Assembly (NCBI GenBank): GCA_023245335.1
Contig: JAHFKK010000001.1
Span: 156,152 to 220,151 of the forward strand
Length of the DNA: 64,000 nucleotides
DNA from: Candidatus Gottesmanbacteria bacterium
GTDB lineage: Bacteria > Patescibacteriota > Microgenomatia > UBA10105 > UBA927
Reading direction: 5' to 3'
This document shows positions 46,775 through 56,700 of this stretch, one piece after another. Each line of letters opens with the position of its first letter. The stretch's first letter is position 1. A program made the position numbers and the translations under genes. A model generated the notes under the pieces. It had not been told where the DNA came from and searched no databases. It was given only the letters and a program-made list of their open reading frames with translations.

Positions 46775-48754
46775 TTATGAATTATTTTTTGTATTGTCAA
46801 CCGTTTCTACGGTAAACATAGGACGATTTGACCTGGGCAGTTCGTGAGGACTCGGTAATTCCGGTTGAATGGCCGACTTTTGTAAATTATTGAGCTGCGT
46901 CTGTTCGACTTGTGTTCTTGGCGCCTCTTTTTGCGCTGTCGCGCCCTCTTTCATGGTTTCCTGCGGTCGGGTGGTCGCAAGGGCGTGTTCTTCGGGGCTT
47001 GAGACGACGCGCATGGCCGCATGTGCCGGACCGGCAAAGAATAGCCCTTGGCCGACGTCAGCCGCAAGCAATAAGTGCTGTTCTCCTTCCGACAGGTAAA
47101 ACACTTCGGCGATTTTGTTGATGGCGGCGGAGGACTGCTTTAGAAGTATCTGCATGCTGCTGTTTTGGATGATCGCCTTGCCCATTTCCGTTGCCAAAAA
47201 ATCCTCGACGTCTTGGGTGATTGTCGTTAGTCCTAAATAGTATTTACGCGCCCTTTTGGCTATGCCATAGAGAAATTGTGCCGAATCGGGGTACTTCATG
47301 AGATACCACGCCTCATCAACAACGAGAATGCGCCGTTTCATGTCATGCCGGATTTTATTCCAGATAAAATCAAGAATAAGGTACATGGCCGTTGGTCGAA
47401 GTTCGTCCTCAAGATCCCGGATAGAAAAAACCGTGAGTTGGTTTCGTATGGCGATATTGGTTTGTTGGTCAAATATACCCACCAAACTTCCCCGAACAAA
47501 TTTTTCTATGCGGTCGGCGAGCCCCTTTGCAAGGAGCTCCTCCATGCCGACGAGCGTTTTATAGAGATCTTCCATAAGCGGCGGTTCTTTTTCGTGGGTG
47601 GACGGGTCGGGGGTTATGCCCTTTTGTTTGTAGGTGAGAATAAGTGCCCGATCGAGGAGCGCATCCTCAGTGGGAGTCAGTTTGCCCATGACCACCCTGA
47701 AAAATCCGTGTAGCGACAATATTTTTTGACTCAACTGGCTTTCCTCCCCGCTGGTGTTTCCCAAGAGCGCCAAGTCAAACGGATTTATTTTGGTGACGGA
47801 GCCGAAGCGGAACCGGATATATTCACCGCCCAGCGCGTGCGTCACAGACTCATATTCGTTTTCCGGATCGATAATAATAACTTCGGTGTCAAACATGAGA
47901 GAACGCATAACTTCAAGCTTGACCATGTAACTTTTCCCCCCTCCTGATTTGCCGAAGACGACGGAGTTGGCGTTTTCCAAAGTAAATCGGTCAAAGATTA
48001 TCAAGCTATCATTGTGTTCGTTGAGTCCGTAGAGTATGCCCTCGTTTGCGGTGAGCTCGCTTGTAGTGAAAGGAAAGGTTGTGGCAAGGGACGTTGTGTC
48101 CATGTTTCTTGTCACCATCAGCCGGTCCTGACCCATAGGGAGTGTTGTTTTTAGACCCTCTTCCATCTGGAGCGTTGCTGTTTTGGTGACAATAAGAAGG
48201 GATCCGAGGGTTGCCTCGACTTGTGTCGTTGCTTTATCAAGATCTTCTTTGGTTTTGGCAGGAAGCGTGACATAGAGCGCGAATTGGAAGAAGCGTTCTG
48301 ACCCCTTGGCAAGCTCTTGTTGGAGCGCAAGGGCGTCTTCCAGGGCGACCTGAACAGATGGTTCGATGACGCGGCCGCGCTTGAGGTCGGACTGGATGGT
48401 TGCCTCCATTTCCCCCACTTTTCGTTTCAGATTTTCCAAAATTTCCTCCGACCGGGTCGGATAGACGTACATCGAAATATCAAGCGTGTGGTTAAAAGAA
48501 ATAAGCGGCTCCAGCCAATTGGCGGATACAAACCTCGGATACCCTGCGACGAAGAGCGTGCGGTAATACCAGTCACCAACCTTTAAGAAATCAAAGTCCA
48601 CTTCTATGGCGGGAGGAGCAATGACATCTGTGATGACGAGCGGTCCTTCTGTTGGCTTCGTCCGCGGGGGGCCCTCCGGCATCGGATTTACGAATTTTTT
48701 AACGAGGGTGGATAGATCGGGTACGTTAGCCATTGCTCTCCTTTCCGACGTCAA
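46775..48754 (-). CDS. virB4: Type IV secretion ATPase VirB4/TrbE/CagE family
   Basis: Walker A VFGKSGGGKSYM, Walker B ILVVDEAWYLM, with the length and block order of VirB4. Confidence 0.8.
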   Translation of the reverse strand: MTSERRAMANVPDLSTLVKKFVNPMPEGPPRTKPTEGPLVITDVIAPPAIEVDFDFLKVGDWYYRTLFVAGYPRFVSANWLEPLISFNHTLDISMYVYPTRSEEILENLKRKVGEMEATIQSDLKRGRVIEPSVQVALEDALALQQELAKGSERFFQFALYVTLPAKTKEDLDKATTQVEATLGSLLIVTKTATLQMEEGLKTTLPMGQDRLMVTRNMDTTSLATTFPFTTSELTANEGILYGLNEHNDSLIIFDRFTLENANSVVFGKSGGGKSYMVKLEVMRSLMFDTEVIIIDPENEYESVTHALGGEYIRFRFGSVTKINPFDLALLGNTSGEESQLSQKILSLHGFFRVVMGKLTPTEDALLDRALILTYKQKGITPDPSTHEKEPPLMEDLYKTLVGMEELLAKGLADRIEKFVRGSLVGIFDQQTNIAIRNQLTVFSIRDLEDELRPTAMYLILDFIWNKIRHDMKRRILVVDEAWYLMKYPDSAQFLYGIAKRARKYYLGLTTITQDVEDFLATEMGKAIIQNSSMQILLKQSSAAINKIAEVFYLSEGEQHLLLAADVGQGLFFAGPAHAAMRVVSSPEEHALATTRPQETMKEGATAQKEAPRTQVEQTQLNNLQKSAIQPELPSPHELPRSNRPMFTVETVDNTKNNS

Positions 48755-49388
48755 TCGTGCTCATGTCGGGAGGGGTGGTCCCCGGATTGTACATGCTAAA
48801 AAACAACTTCATTAATTGTTCTGAGGTGAGCTGTGTCGCATGAAGCCCAACGCGTGCGAGCAGGCGTACGATGTGGTCGCGCTTAGGAAGGAGTACCGTC
48901 TGCGCGCGTTCATAGATATACGATTTGTTATACGGCAGGCCGGAGCTCTTTGTTCCGAAGAGGACCGACGGGGACGAACCAAGCTCTAGGTGAGAAAAAG
49001 GAATCACGATATAGAATTTTTTGTCGAGTACGTCCTTTTCTTTAACCATCGAAGCCACGAAGAGCCGATACCCGTGGATGCTTTTCACGAGCTTCGGGTT
49101 TTTCTCCCGCTTTTCCTGATCCTCAAGGAGCTTAAGATACGCAGAAATATCTTTATGTTTTGTCTGAATAATGATCTGGATAGGGAACGAAAGTGAATTG
49201 AGAAGGCCGGCATACGCATAAATAATCGCATCCTGTTCCTTTTCTGAGAGCAGTCCGAAGTTGACGGCTGTAGTTGCGACAACCAACGCCACCGACCCGT
49301 CGGCAAAAAGCACCAGGTCACCCTGTACGTCAATAATCTCGGTGAATGATTGTGTTGATGCGCGAATTGGTACGATCGGTTGTGCCAT
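48726..49388 (-). CDS. Hypothetical T4SS-associated protein (upstream of virB4)
   Basis: 220 aa soluble protein. Its stop overlaps the virB4 start. Conserved position only. Confidence 0.35.
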   Translation of the reverse strand: MAQPIVPIRASTQSFTEIIDVQGDLVLFADGSVALVVATTAVNFGLLSEKEQDAIIYAYAGLLNSLSFPIQIIIQTKHKDISAYLKLLEDQEKREKNPKLVKSIHGYRLFVASMVKEKDVLDKKFYIVIPFSHLELGSSPSVLFGTKSSGLPYNKSYIYERAQTVLLPKRDHIVRLLARVGLHATQLTSEQLMKLFFSMYNPGTTPPDMSTIDVGKESNG

Positions 49389-49399
49389 AAAGATATGTG

Positions 49400-50725
49400 T
49401 TACATGTTTTGTCCGCCGAATATTTCCTGAGCGAGTTTTTCCCGTGTCCGCTGTTTTTCACTTTTTGCAACGATTCCAAGCGCGGGAACAACAGTGCCAT
49501 TCAGGGTAATTTGTACGCGTGAGAAAGAGAATCGGGCCCTGGGATCTTCTACCTCTACAAAATATACTCCCGACCCTAAAGGCGTTGAGGCGGCAAACTG
49601 ACCGAGCTTGTTTGTTTTAAGGGCCCGCACCGGTATTCCCTCTTTATTGGTAACGGTGACGAGTATGCCCGGCAGCATGTTTCCCTCATCGTCTTGTACC
49701 AGTCCGGTAATGACGTTTGCGACCGTGGTGAGCCGAGGGAGACCAACTTTCACGGCGTCGTCCTGGGTGTTAATGACGGTAACGGTTGATCTTGTTGTGG
49801 TTTTCGGCGTCTCGTGTGTGGCTGATTGCGGTTGAGTGTCTGGTTCCGCGGCTACGGACGGCCCTCGCGAAGTCAACTGACGTTTGAGGGAAACCAATTC
49901 ATCTTCCATGGTTGACCTTTGTTTGAGTACGTCGGTAAGTTGTGATTGTAATTCAAGTACGCGATCCGATGCCATATTTTTGGTGGCAAGTTGTGATTGT
50001 AATTCCTTGAGCGACGCCTCAAGTTCCCTCATTTTTTGTTGCACAGCGACGCTTTCTGTTTGGGTCTTCGGTGTTGTGTTTACGGATTGAGGGGTCACCT
50101 GTGGTTTGTGACCGGTCACTGGCCGCGGGACAAATTGCAGCGGAGAGACAGGCGCGTTTGGCGCTTCATGGTTGGACGGATGTTGTTTTGGGGTCCATAG
50201 GTCAGAGAGCCATGAAAACATGGAGGGAGCTGGATGAGTTGTCACAACGGTAGTCGCGTGTTCGTTGGATTTGAGGTTAGAACCAGGACCCATGGCTGAA
50301 GGAGACGATTGAAATAAGCTCGAAAGCATCGATTTTGACTTCTGCGTTTGTGGGGGCGAGGCGGGGGTGACGGACGCAGCGGCTTCGTGCGCCGGCACAA
50401 CCCTTTTGGCCGCTTGAGCTGTTGGTTCGGGTTTTGGAGCCTCTTTAATCCAAACATACTGTGTGGGATTATAAATGCTTTTGAAAAACGAAAACACCCA
50501 AACATCCATGGGTCGTTCTTCGACTGGGATAAACGCAAACCCGACGCCCAGGAACGCGAAGGCGAATGTTAACGGCCACGTGATAATAAACGGGAGTGGT
50601 AATTTATAGGCCACAAACGCCAGTATCGCACCGGCGCAGAGATACCCGAATTGCTTGAGGGTCATGTCGCCAATAAGGCGGAATTGGAATGTGGTTACGT
50701 TTTGTGGAACCGGATGTTGTTCCAT
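49400..50725 (-). CDS. PrgI/VirB3-like N-terminal domain fused to coiled-coil and C-terminal beta (CarboxypepD_reg-like) domain
   Basis: The N-terminus FQFRLIGDMTLKQFGYLCAGAILAFVAY followed by two TM matches the PrgI-family pattern. It is followed by a Pro/Thr-rich linker, a coiled coil (LEASLKELQSQL) and a C-terminal beta domain. Confidence 0.5.
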   Translation of the reverse strand: MEQHPVPQNVTTFQFRLIGDMTLKQFGYLCAGAILAFVAYKLPLPFIITWPLTFAFAFLGVGFAFIPVEERPMDVWVFSFFKSIYNPTQYVWIKEAPKPEPTAQAAKRVVPAHEAAASVTPASPPQTQKSKSMLSSLFQSSPSAMGPGSNLKSNEHATTVVTTHPAPSMFSWLSDLWTPKQHPSNHEAPNAPVSPLQFVPRPVTGHKPQVTPQSVNTTPKTQTESVAVQQKMRELEASLKELQSQLATKNMASDRVLELQSQLTDVLKQRSTMEDELVSLKRQLTSRGPSVAAEPDTQPQSATHETPKTTTRSTVTVINTQDDAVKVGLPRLTTVANVITGLVQDDEGNMLPGILVTVTNKEGIPVRALKTNKLGQFAASTPLGSGVYFVEVEDPRARFSFSRVQITLNGTVVPALGIVAKSEKQRTREKLAQEIFGGQNM

Positions 50726-50899
50726 ATCTTACTTCATTGTAGAGGGAAAAAAATTAGGGTTCAATAGCACAAAGCGCATCAGGACCGTGAAAACTCCATT
50801 TTTTAGTTTTCACGAAATTATGAGTAAGAATATGTCCAAGTCGTTTGCGGGTAGGGGCGAGCGCATCTTCTCCCACAAATGATGTGCTAGAATGAAGCT

Positions 50900-53074
50900 A
50901 TGCAACTCCCTCTTGAGGTGCTTGAAATTATCGGTAATCGATTAAGCGAGGAAACGCCGCTTGCGATGGAACAGGTGTTCGCCGCATTTGCTAACGTCCG
51001 CAGGGAGGCGTTATGGCGGCGTTATTTTTGGCCCGGAAGAGCGCAGTTTGCGAGTTTTGAAATTGTTTCTATCAATAGTCAGGTTCATTTCTACATTGTC
51101 ACCCCGAAACATCTTCGGAGTTTTATAGAAGGACAGTTGACTGCGCAATACCCGCGCGTGGTGATTACCCCGACCACAGATTATCTGCCGCAATTTTTCA
51201 CACAGCCGCATGCCGTTGCCCGGCTTCGGATGTGGAGCAGTTTCTATTACCCCCTAAAAACGCATGAGGATGTCAAAGACGTCGATTTGTTGTCCGCAGT
51301 TCTGGGACAGCTCGGTAAACTGTCTGCGAGTCAGGCTGTGGCTATTCAGTTCCGCGTCACCCCCGCGGGTCGCGGGTGGCAGGCAAACGCCGCGAGCGTA
51401 ATTGCGCGTGGTGTGCAGGATCCCAGCTCGCCGACCGGCAGGACCAGGACACATCCTGACAGCCGGATTATAGAAACTAAACTAAGCGCAAGCGGGTTGC
51501 GAACGGGAATTCGGATCGTCGCCTCAGCGCCGAGTGAATCCGAGGCGTTTGATTTGGTGACGAGGGTTGCAGGATCGTTTGGTGTCTATACATTGGGAGA
51601 AGGCAACAGTCTGTTTCAACCCCGGACATTTTTTTGGCAGCGTGAGCGGCTGGCGCGATCCATGATCGCGCGGGGCATATATTTGACACCACGGAACCAC
51701 GTGTTGAACACGCGCGAGCTTGCTTCGTTATGGCATCCGCCCGGGCTTTCTTTGGCGTCGATCAAAAATATTCAATGGGGGAGGGGGTTATTGGGAGAAC
51801 CGCCGCAAAATTTGCCAGTTGCTACAGATGACGAATCCCAAAGGAAAGAGATCAACTTTTTTGGTAAATGTGAATGGCGCAATCAGCAGGTGACGTTTGG
51901 CATCAAAGAGGCGGACCGGAGAAAACATCTCTACATCATCGGAAAAACAGGAACCGGTAAGTCTACAACCATCGCGAATATGGCAATAAATGACATGAAA
52001 AACGGGGCGGGGGTGGCCGTCATTGACCCGCACGGAGACTTATCTGAAATTCTCCTGAACTATATCCCATCAAACAGAATAAACGACGTCGCATATTTGG
52101 ATCCTTCAGATAGCGAACACCCGTTTCACATAAATCCTTTAGAAGTGAAAAATCCGACATACCGTGAACTGGTCGCAAGTGGTATCGTGTCGATATTTTA
52201 CAAGCTGTATCACATGAGTTGGGGTCCGAGGCTCGAATATATCCTCAGAAACACCATCCTGACGCTCACACTGGTCCCCAATTCCACGTTTTTGGATATA
52301 CCGGAGCTTCTGACAAACGAACTATACAGACAAAAGGTGGTAGAACGCCTCGATGACCGGGTGCTCAAGAATTTTTGGGTAAACGAGTTCAATAAATTTA
52401 CACCCCGTTTGCATAGCGAGTCCACGTCTCCAATCCTCAACAAGGTCGGACAATTTTTGTCCTCCCAGACGATTCGGAATATCGTGGGGCATCCGACGTC
52501 AACGATTGATTTGGAAACAATGATGAACGAGGGGAAGATCGTGATCATGAACCTGTCTCAGGGAAAGCTCGGAGAAGACAGTAGCGCGCTCCTGGGGGCC
52601 ATGATGATAACGAAGATGCAACTTGCCGCGATGAATCGTGTGTATCTTCCCGAGGAAGAACGGCGGGATTTTTATCTCTACGTCGACGAGTTTCAAAATT
52701 TCGCGACGCAGTCATTTATAAAAATTCTTTCCGAAGCGCGGAAATATCGGCTCAATTTGACTCTCGCAAACCAGTATATCGGGCAGATTGATGAGGAGGT
52801 GCAAAAGGCAATCTTTGGTAACGCGGGCTCTCTGGTTTCTTTTGGAGTCGGTGCCGCAGATGCAAGGCTCCTCATGCATGAATTTGGAAGCAAATATCAG
52901 GAACAGGAGTTGGTGGGGTTGGGGAACTACCAGATTATTCTGAAGCTGTCCATCGACAATCAGACGTCTCTGCCGTTTTCGGCGATGACGCTTCCCTTGC
53001 CCAAATCGAAAAACGAACATCGGGAAACGGTCGTGCGGGTGAGTCGCGAACGCTACACAAAAAAGGTACAATAA
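50900..53074 (+). CDS. VirD4/TraG-like (FtsK-HerA superfamily, AAA_10-type) ATPase without TM segments
   Basis: Walker A IIGKTGTGKST followed by DPHGD, and Walker B FYLYVDEFQNF. A ~330-aa N-terminal domain of unknown function. No hydrophobic anchor. Confidence 0.55.
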   Translation: MQLPLEVLEIIGNRLSEETPLAMEQVFAAFANVRREALWRRYFWPGRAQFASFEIVSINSQVHFYIVTPKHLRSFIEGQLTAQYPRVVITPTTDYLPQFFTQPHAVARLRMWSSFYYPLKTHEDVKDVDLLSAVLGQLGKLSASQAVAIQFRVTPAGRGWQANAASVIARGVQDPSSPTGRTRTHPDSRIIETKLSASGLRTGIRIVASAPSESEAFDLVTRVAGSFGVYTLGEGNSLFQPRTFFWQRERLARSMIARGIYLTPRNHVLNTRELASLWHPPGLSLASIKNIQWGRGLLGEPPQNLPVATDDESQRKEINFFGKCEWRNQQVTFGIKEADRRKHLYIIGKTGTGKSTTIANMAINDMKNGAGVAVIDPHGDLSEILLNYIPSNRINDVAYLDPSDSEHPFHINPLEVKNPTYRELVASGIVSIFYKLYHMSWGPRLEYILRNTILTLTLVPNSTFLDIPELLTNELYRQKVVERLDDRVLKNFWVNEFNKFTPRLHSESTSPILNKVGQFLSSQTIRNIVGHPTSTIDLETMMNEGKIVIMNLSQGKLGEDSSALLGAMMITKMQLAAMNRVYLPEEERRDFYLYVDEFQNFATQSFIKILSEARKYRLNLTLANQYIGQIDEEVQKAIFGNAGSLVSFGVGAADARLLMHEFGSKYQEQELVGLGNYQIILKLSIDNQTSLPFSAMTLPLPKSKNEHRETVVRVSRERYTKKVQ

Positions 53075-53082
53075 CTACCTCT

Positions 53083-53637
53083 ATGAAAATAGGTCTTCTC
53101 GGCGGTGCATTCAATCCTCCGCATAACGGGCATCTTATGATCGCTCAGCAGGTATTGGACTTTACCGATATGGAGGAAGTGTGGTTTTTGCCCAATTACG
53201 GACAGCTTCCGCCCAAACCGGTCGCGTCGGTTTCTGATCGGCTCGCGATGACAAAGCTTCTTGTCCTCCCTCACACACACGTCTCGGTGCTTGAGATAGA
53301 CCATAAACTCGACGGAGATACCATTAACCTCCTGCCGCATTTACCACCCGACCACGAATTTTCATTCATTATTGGTTCCGATCAACTTGCGACGTTTCAC
53401 CTGTGGGGAAGATGGGAAGAACTCCTTCAAAAGATGCCTTTTTTGGTGTTTCCGCGGTACGGGTTTCCGAATGAGCCCGTATATCCCAATATGCGCGTCG
53501 TTTCAAATGAGGCGCTTATAGGGACGAATATTTCCTCGACGAAAATTCGTGCCCGGATTCATAAAGGTGTATCCATCGAACAGTTTGTGCCTCTTGAAGT
53601 CTCCAAATACGTCGACGATCACCATTTATATCGATAA
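53083..53637 (+). CDS. nadD: Nicotinate-nucleotide adenylyltransferase
   Basis: Begins MKIGLLGGAFNPPHNGHL ((H/T)xGH nucleotidyltransferase motif). ~184 aa. Confidence 0.8.
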   Translation: MKIGLLGGAFNPPHNGHLMIAQQVLDFTDMEEVWFLPNYGQLPPKPVASVSDRLAMTKLLVLPHTHVSVLEIDHKLDGDTINLLPHLPPDHEFSFIIGSDQLATFHLWGRWEELLQKMPFLVFPRYGFPNEPVYPNMRVVSNEALIGTNISSTKIRARIHKGVSIEQFVPLEVSKYVDDHHLYR

Positions 53638-53707
53638 AATTCCCTTGTTGTTGTATCCCATTCACGTTAGAATAAAACTACGAGCGTAAAAAGCGCGCAC
53701 GGAAGTT

Positions 53708-56700
53708 ATGGCAAACGAAGAATTATGGAAACGCATAAGCGAAGCGGCTCAAAAAGCAGCCAAATCTACCGGTGAACAGCCGGCCCAGCCGCTTCCCGAT
53801 ATGGCGCCACAGCCACAGGTCTCCCAAGAGACGCCGACACAGCCTGACGCCGCGAATTTGGTAGAGGTAGCCAAGGAAAGGCTCGCGGCGTTTACGCAAA
53901 AACTTCACGGATCGCTTCCCGAAGCCGCAAAGAGAATTGTCGGGAGTGAGAATGACTTGCCGCAAGACGCGCGTGTATTTACTATCGTCGAGTCGCTTTT
54001 AACGGCAGATGAGGCTCAGCTTGCCGATCCGGTCTTTATGCGGGGCGTCGGTGAAAGGCTTGTGGGGGTCATCCAGGAGACGGGCTACATGAGTCTTACC
54101 GGACGGGAAGCGCAGAAATACCTCCGGCGGATTATTGTTGAGAATCCCAGCCTTACAGACTTACAGTACCGGGCGATGCCGGAAATTTCCGGAGGGTCAG
54201 GGAAGGGAGAAGAGGGAGGAGTAGGGGAGGATGCGGCTAGCGGGAACGATCCGGAGTTGACGAATGAAGTTGAAGGTCTGTACAACGAGGGGACAGACGC
54301 AGATCTCAAAAACTCGCCGATTGCAAAAGATCTTCAGGATCTGCAGTACCGTTTTCGGATCGATCCCGGAGCGGCATATGACAGCAGGCTCACTGACGAT
54401 GCGGTGAGGCGTATGGTGGAAAAGGGGCGGCAGGAAGGAATAGACGAAAAACTGGTACAAAAAGCCGTTGAGCGGGTTCGGTATTTTGAACGATTCACGG
54501 ATCTTCGGATGCAAAAACATCAAGAAAAGCTCCGAGGCGGGCGGGTGGTAGCCTGGAGCGAGATTAAAGGATCCTCGCCCAATCCAGAATTACATCGGGA
54601 CGATGAGGTTTTTCCTGACTTCCGTTATATTCCGGCCGCAGATGTGGAAACCATTATAAAGGGAGACGGGGGAGAGGCGGAATGGTATTTTAACTTCATT
54701 GATCAGATCTATTCGCTCGGCAGGGAAGAAACGCGTCCGACCCTCACCCAGGACCAGCGATTCCAGGAGTTTAAAGATTATTTGGTTTGGAAGTACGGGG
54801 GTGAGTATCATCTTTCGGTACAGCTCTATCAGAAACACTGGGATAGCCGCGGTCAGTTTGAGTATGCGGTCAAAGGTCTCATGTATAACCCCGGTGACGT
54901 GAAAGACCGGCTGAAAGCGATGTCACTCCTGCAAGGAGCGGACCTTGACCATCTCTACAAAAATTTCGACCATTCGAACGAAGCCTACAGTCTTTATGAA
55001 CATGTCATGTTTGAGCTCATGGCGGAAAAACGAGGGAAATATGGCGAGGCGCTCAAGTATTTACAGGAAGAAATCAGTTGGGACGGCAAACCCATGAAGC
55101 GGGAAAAGGTTTTGGAGCAGTTGAAAGCAAAACAACGAGAGGAGGGCTTTGATCCGGAAAAAGGTAAAGTCCAAACCTCGCTTTCCGTTGCCGACCAGCG
55201 GCTCATGCATGAAATCCAGCAGCAGATGGATTTGGCCTCAGAAGGCGTCATGCTGTGGGATGATGACGTACAAAGCTACACCGAACTCCATATCACCATG
55301 TCAAAACTCCGTAACGCCCGTGAAGACTTATTGAAAAAGAAGGGCGAGGGGAAAGCGCTTACGGAAAGTGAGCAGGATCAGCTTCATGAAGTCGATAGGC
55401 TCTACCAGATATATTCACACCGTGAAGAAATGCTGAATGATAGTTTCACCCAGGAACTTATCCAAACCCGGGGTCTGTCACCGGTCGATATAGAAGTGCG
55501 TAAACGTCTCGTGGAGTATCTCAAAGTACAGACGGGCAAAGAGCCGGCAGAGTACGAAGTGCGTATGGCGCTATGGGCGGCACGGACCGCTATGATCGGG
55601 TCCGGGCGCATGGCTATGATCGGCGCCATGATGTCTATCCCGCCCTCTGTCGAATATCATGCAGTATCGGGCAAAGATGTCATGCGCGCTCCTGCATTTG
55701 AAGATCTCCAGCGTATATTCAACCCGGAGACATTTGCTTCCCGCTTTAACATCGGTGGTGAAATGGGGATAACCGCACGGGGAGTACTCCGAAGAAATCT
55801 TTTACGGACAAAAGGAATTACAGATAAAGATCCGCACTGGTATCAAAAAATCGGCGGGGCGCTCGAGAGCGTCGGTCATAAGTTTAAATTGACGAAAACG
55901 CCTGAGTGGCAGGATGCTAAGCATCACGAACATGATGCGATGCGCCAGGAACAGATGGAAGCGTGGGAGTTTGCCGAAAACGCAACCGGCATATCGTTTA
56001 GCGAGCTTTTGGGACCCGGATTTATGGCTTCCGGAGGATTTTATGATGGGACAGCGTGGCGGTTGGAAAAAGGAATTGCGGATGAGCTCCGGAATAAAAT
56101 GCTTGATATGAAAAAGCTGCCGGAAAACGCTGCGCTTCTGGATAATCAGGCGCTTTCCATACAGCTTCTTATCGCCGGCAATGCCGCAGAGCGCAGGCCC
56201 ATTTTGGATCGTATGCTCCGCAGGAACCCGTCTAAATTCCTCGAGCTTCTCGAGGAAGATACGGAGAAGATTCTTTTGAAGCATAACGTTGCCCACGAGG
56301 AATGGAAGAAATTTAAAGAAGCGCTGTCGCTTGCGGAACTTAAGATGGCACACGAAAAGGAGTGGCAGTTTGCCCGTGTGGATCTCGGGGAGAAAAAGGA
56401 CTTTGATGCTCTGGTGGTCCCATACCTCACGCTTCTTCACATTGATCCTTCCCGAATGGAAAGTTTTCGTCAGGTACTGTCGGACTTGCAGACGGAGGTG
56501 TATCGGAGCCGGAAGGTAGAAGCAGCAAGCGGCGTATTCAGAAACAAAATGGACGCGATAGCACAACTTAAGATGCCGCTTACCATGTCTCTTACCGACA
56601 TGGACTGGAAAGAGTCGAATTTCTATCAACTGGGTACGGTTGCCATGCACCGGCGTATTCGTGACGTGGGGCAGCAAATGGCGGCCCGTGACGCGATGCT

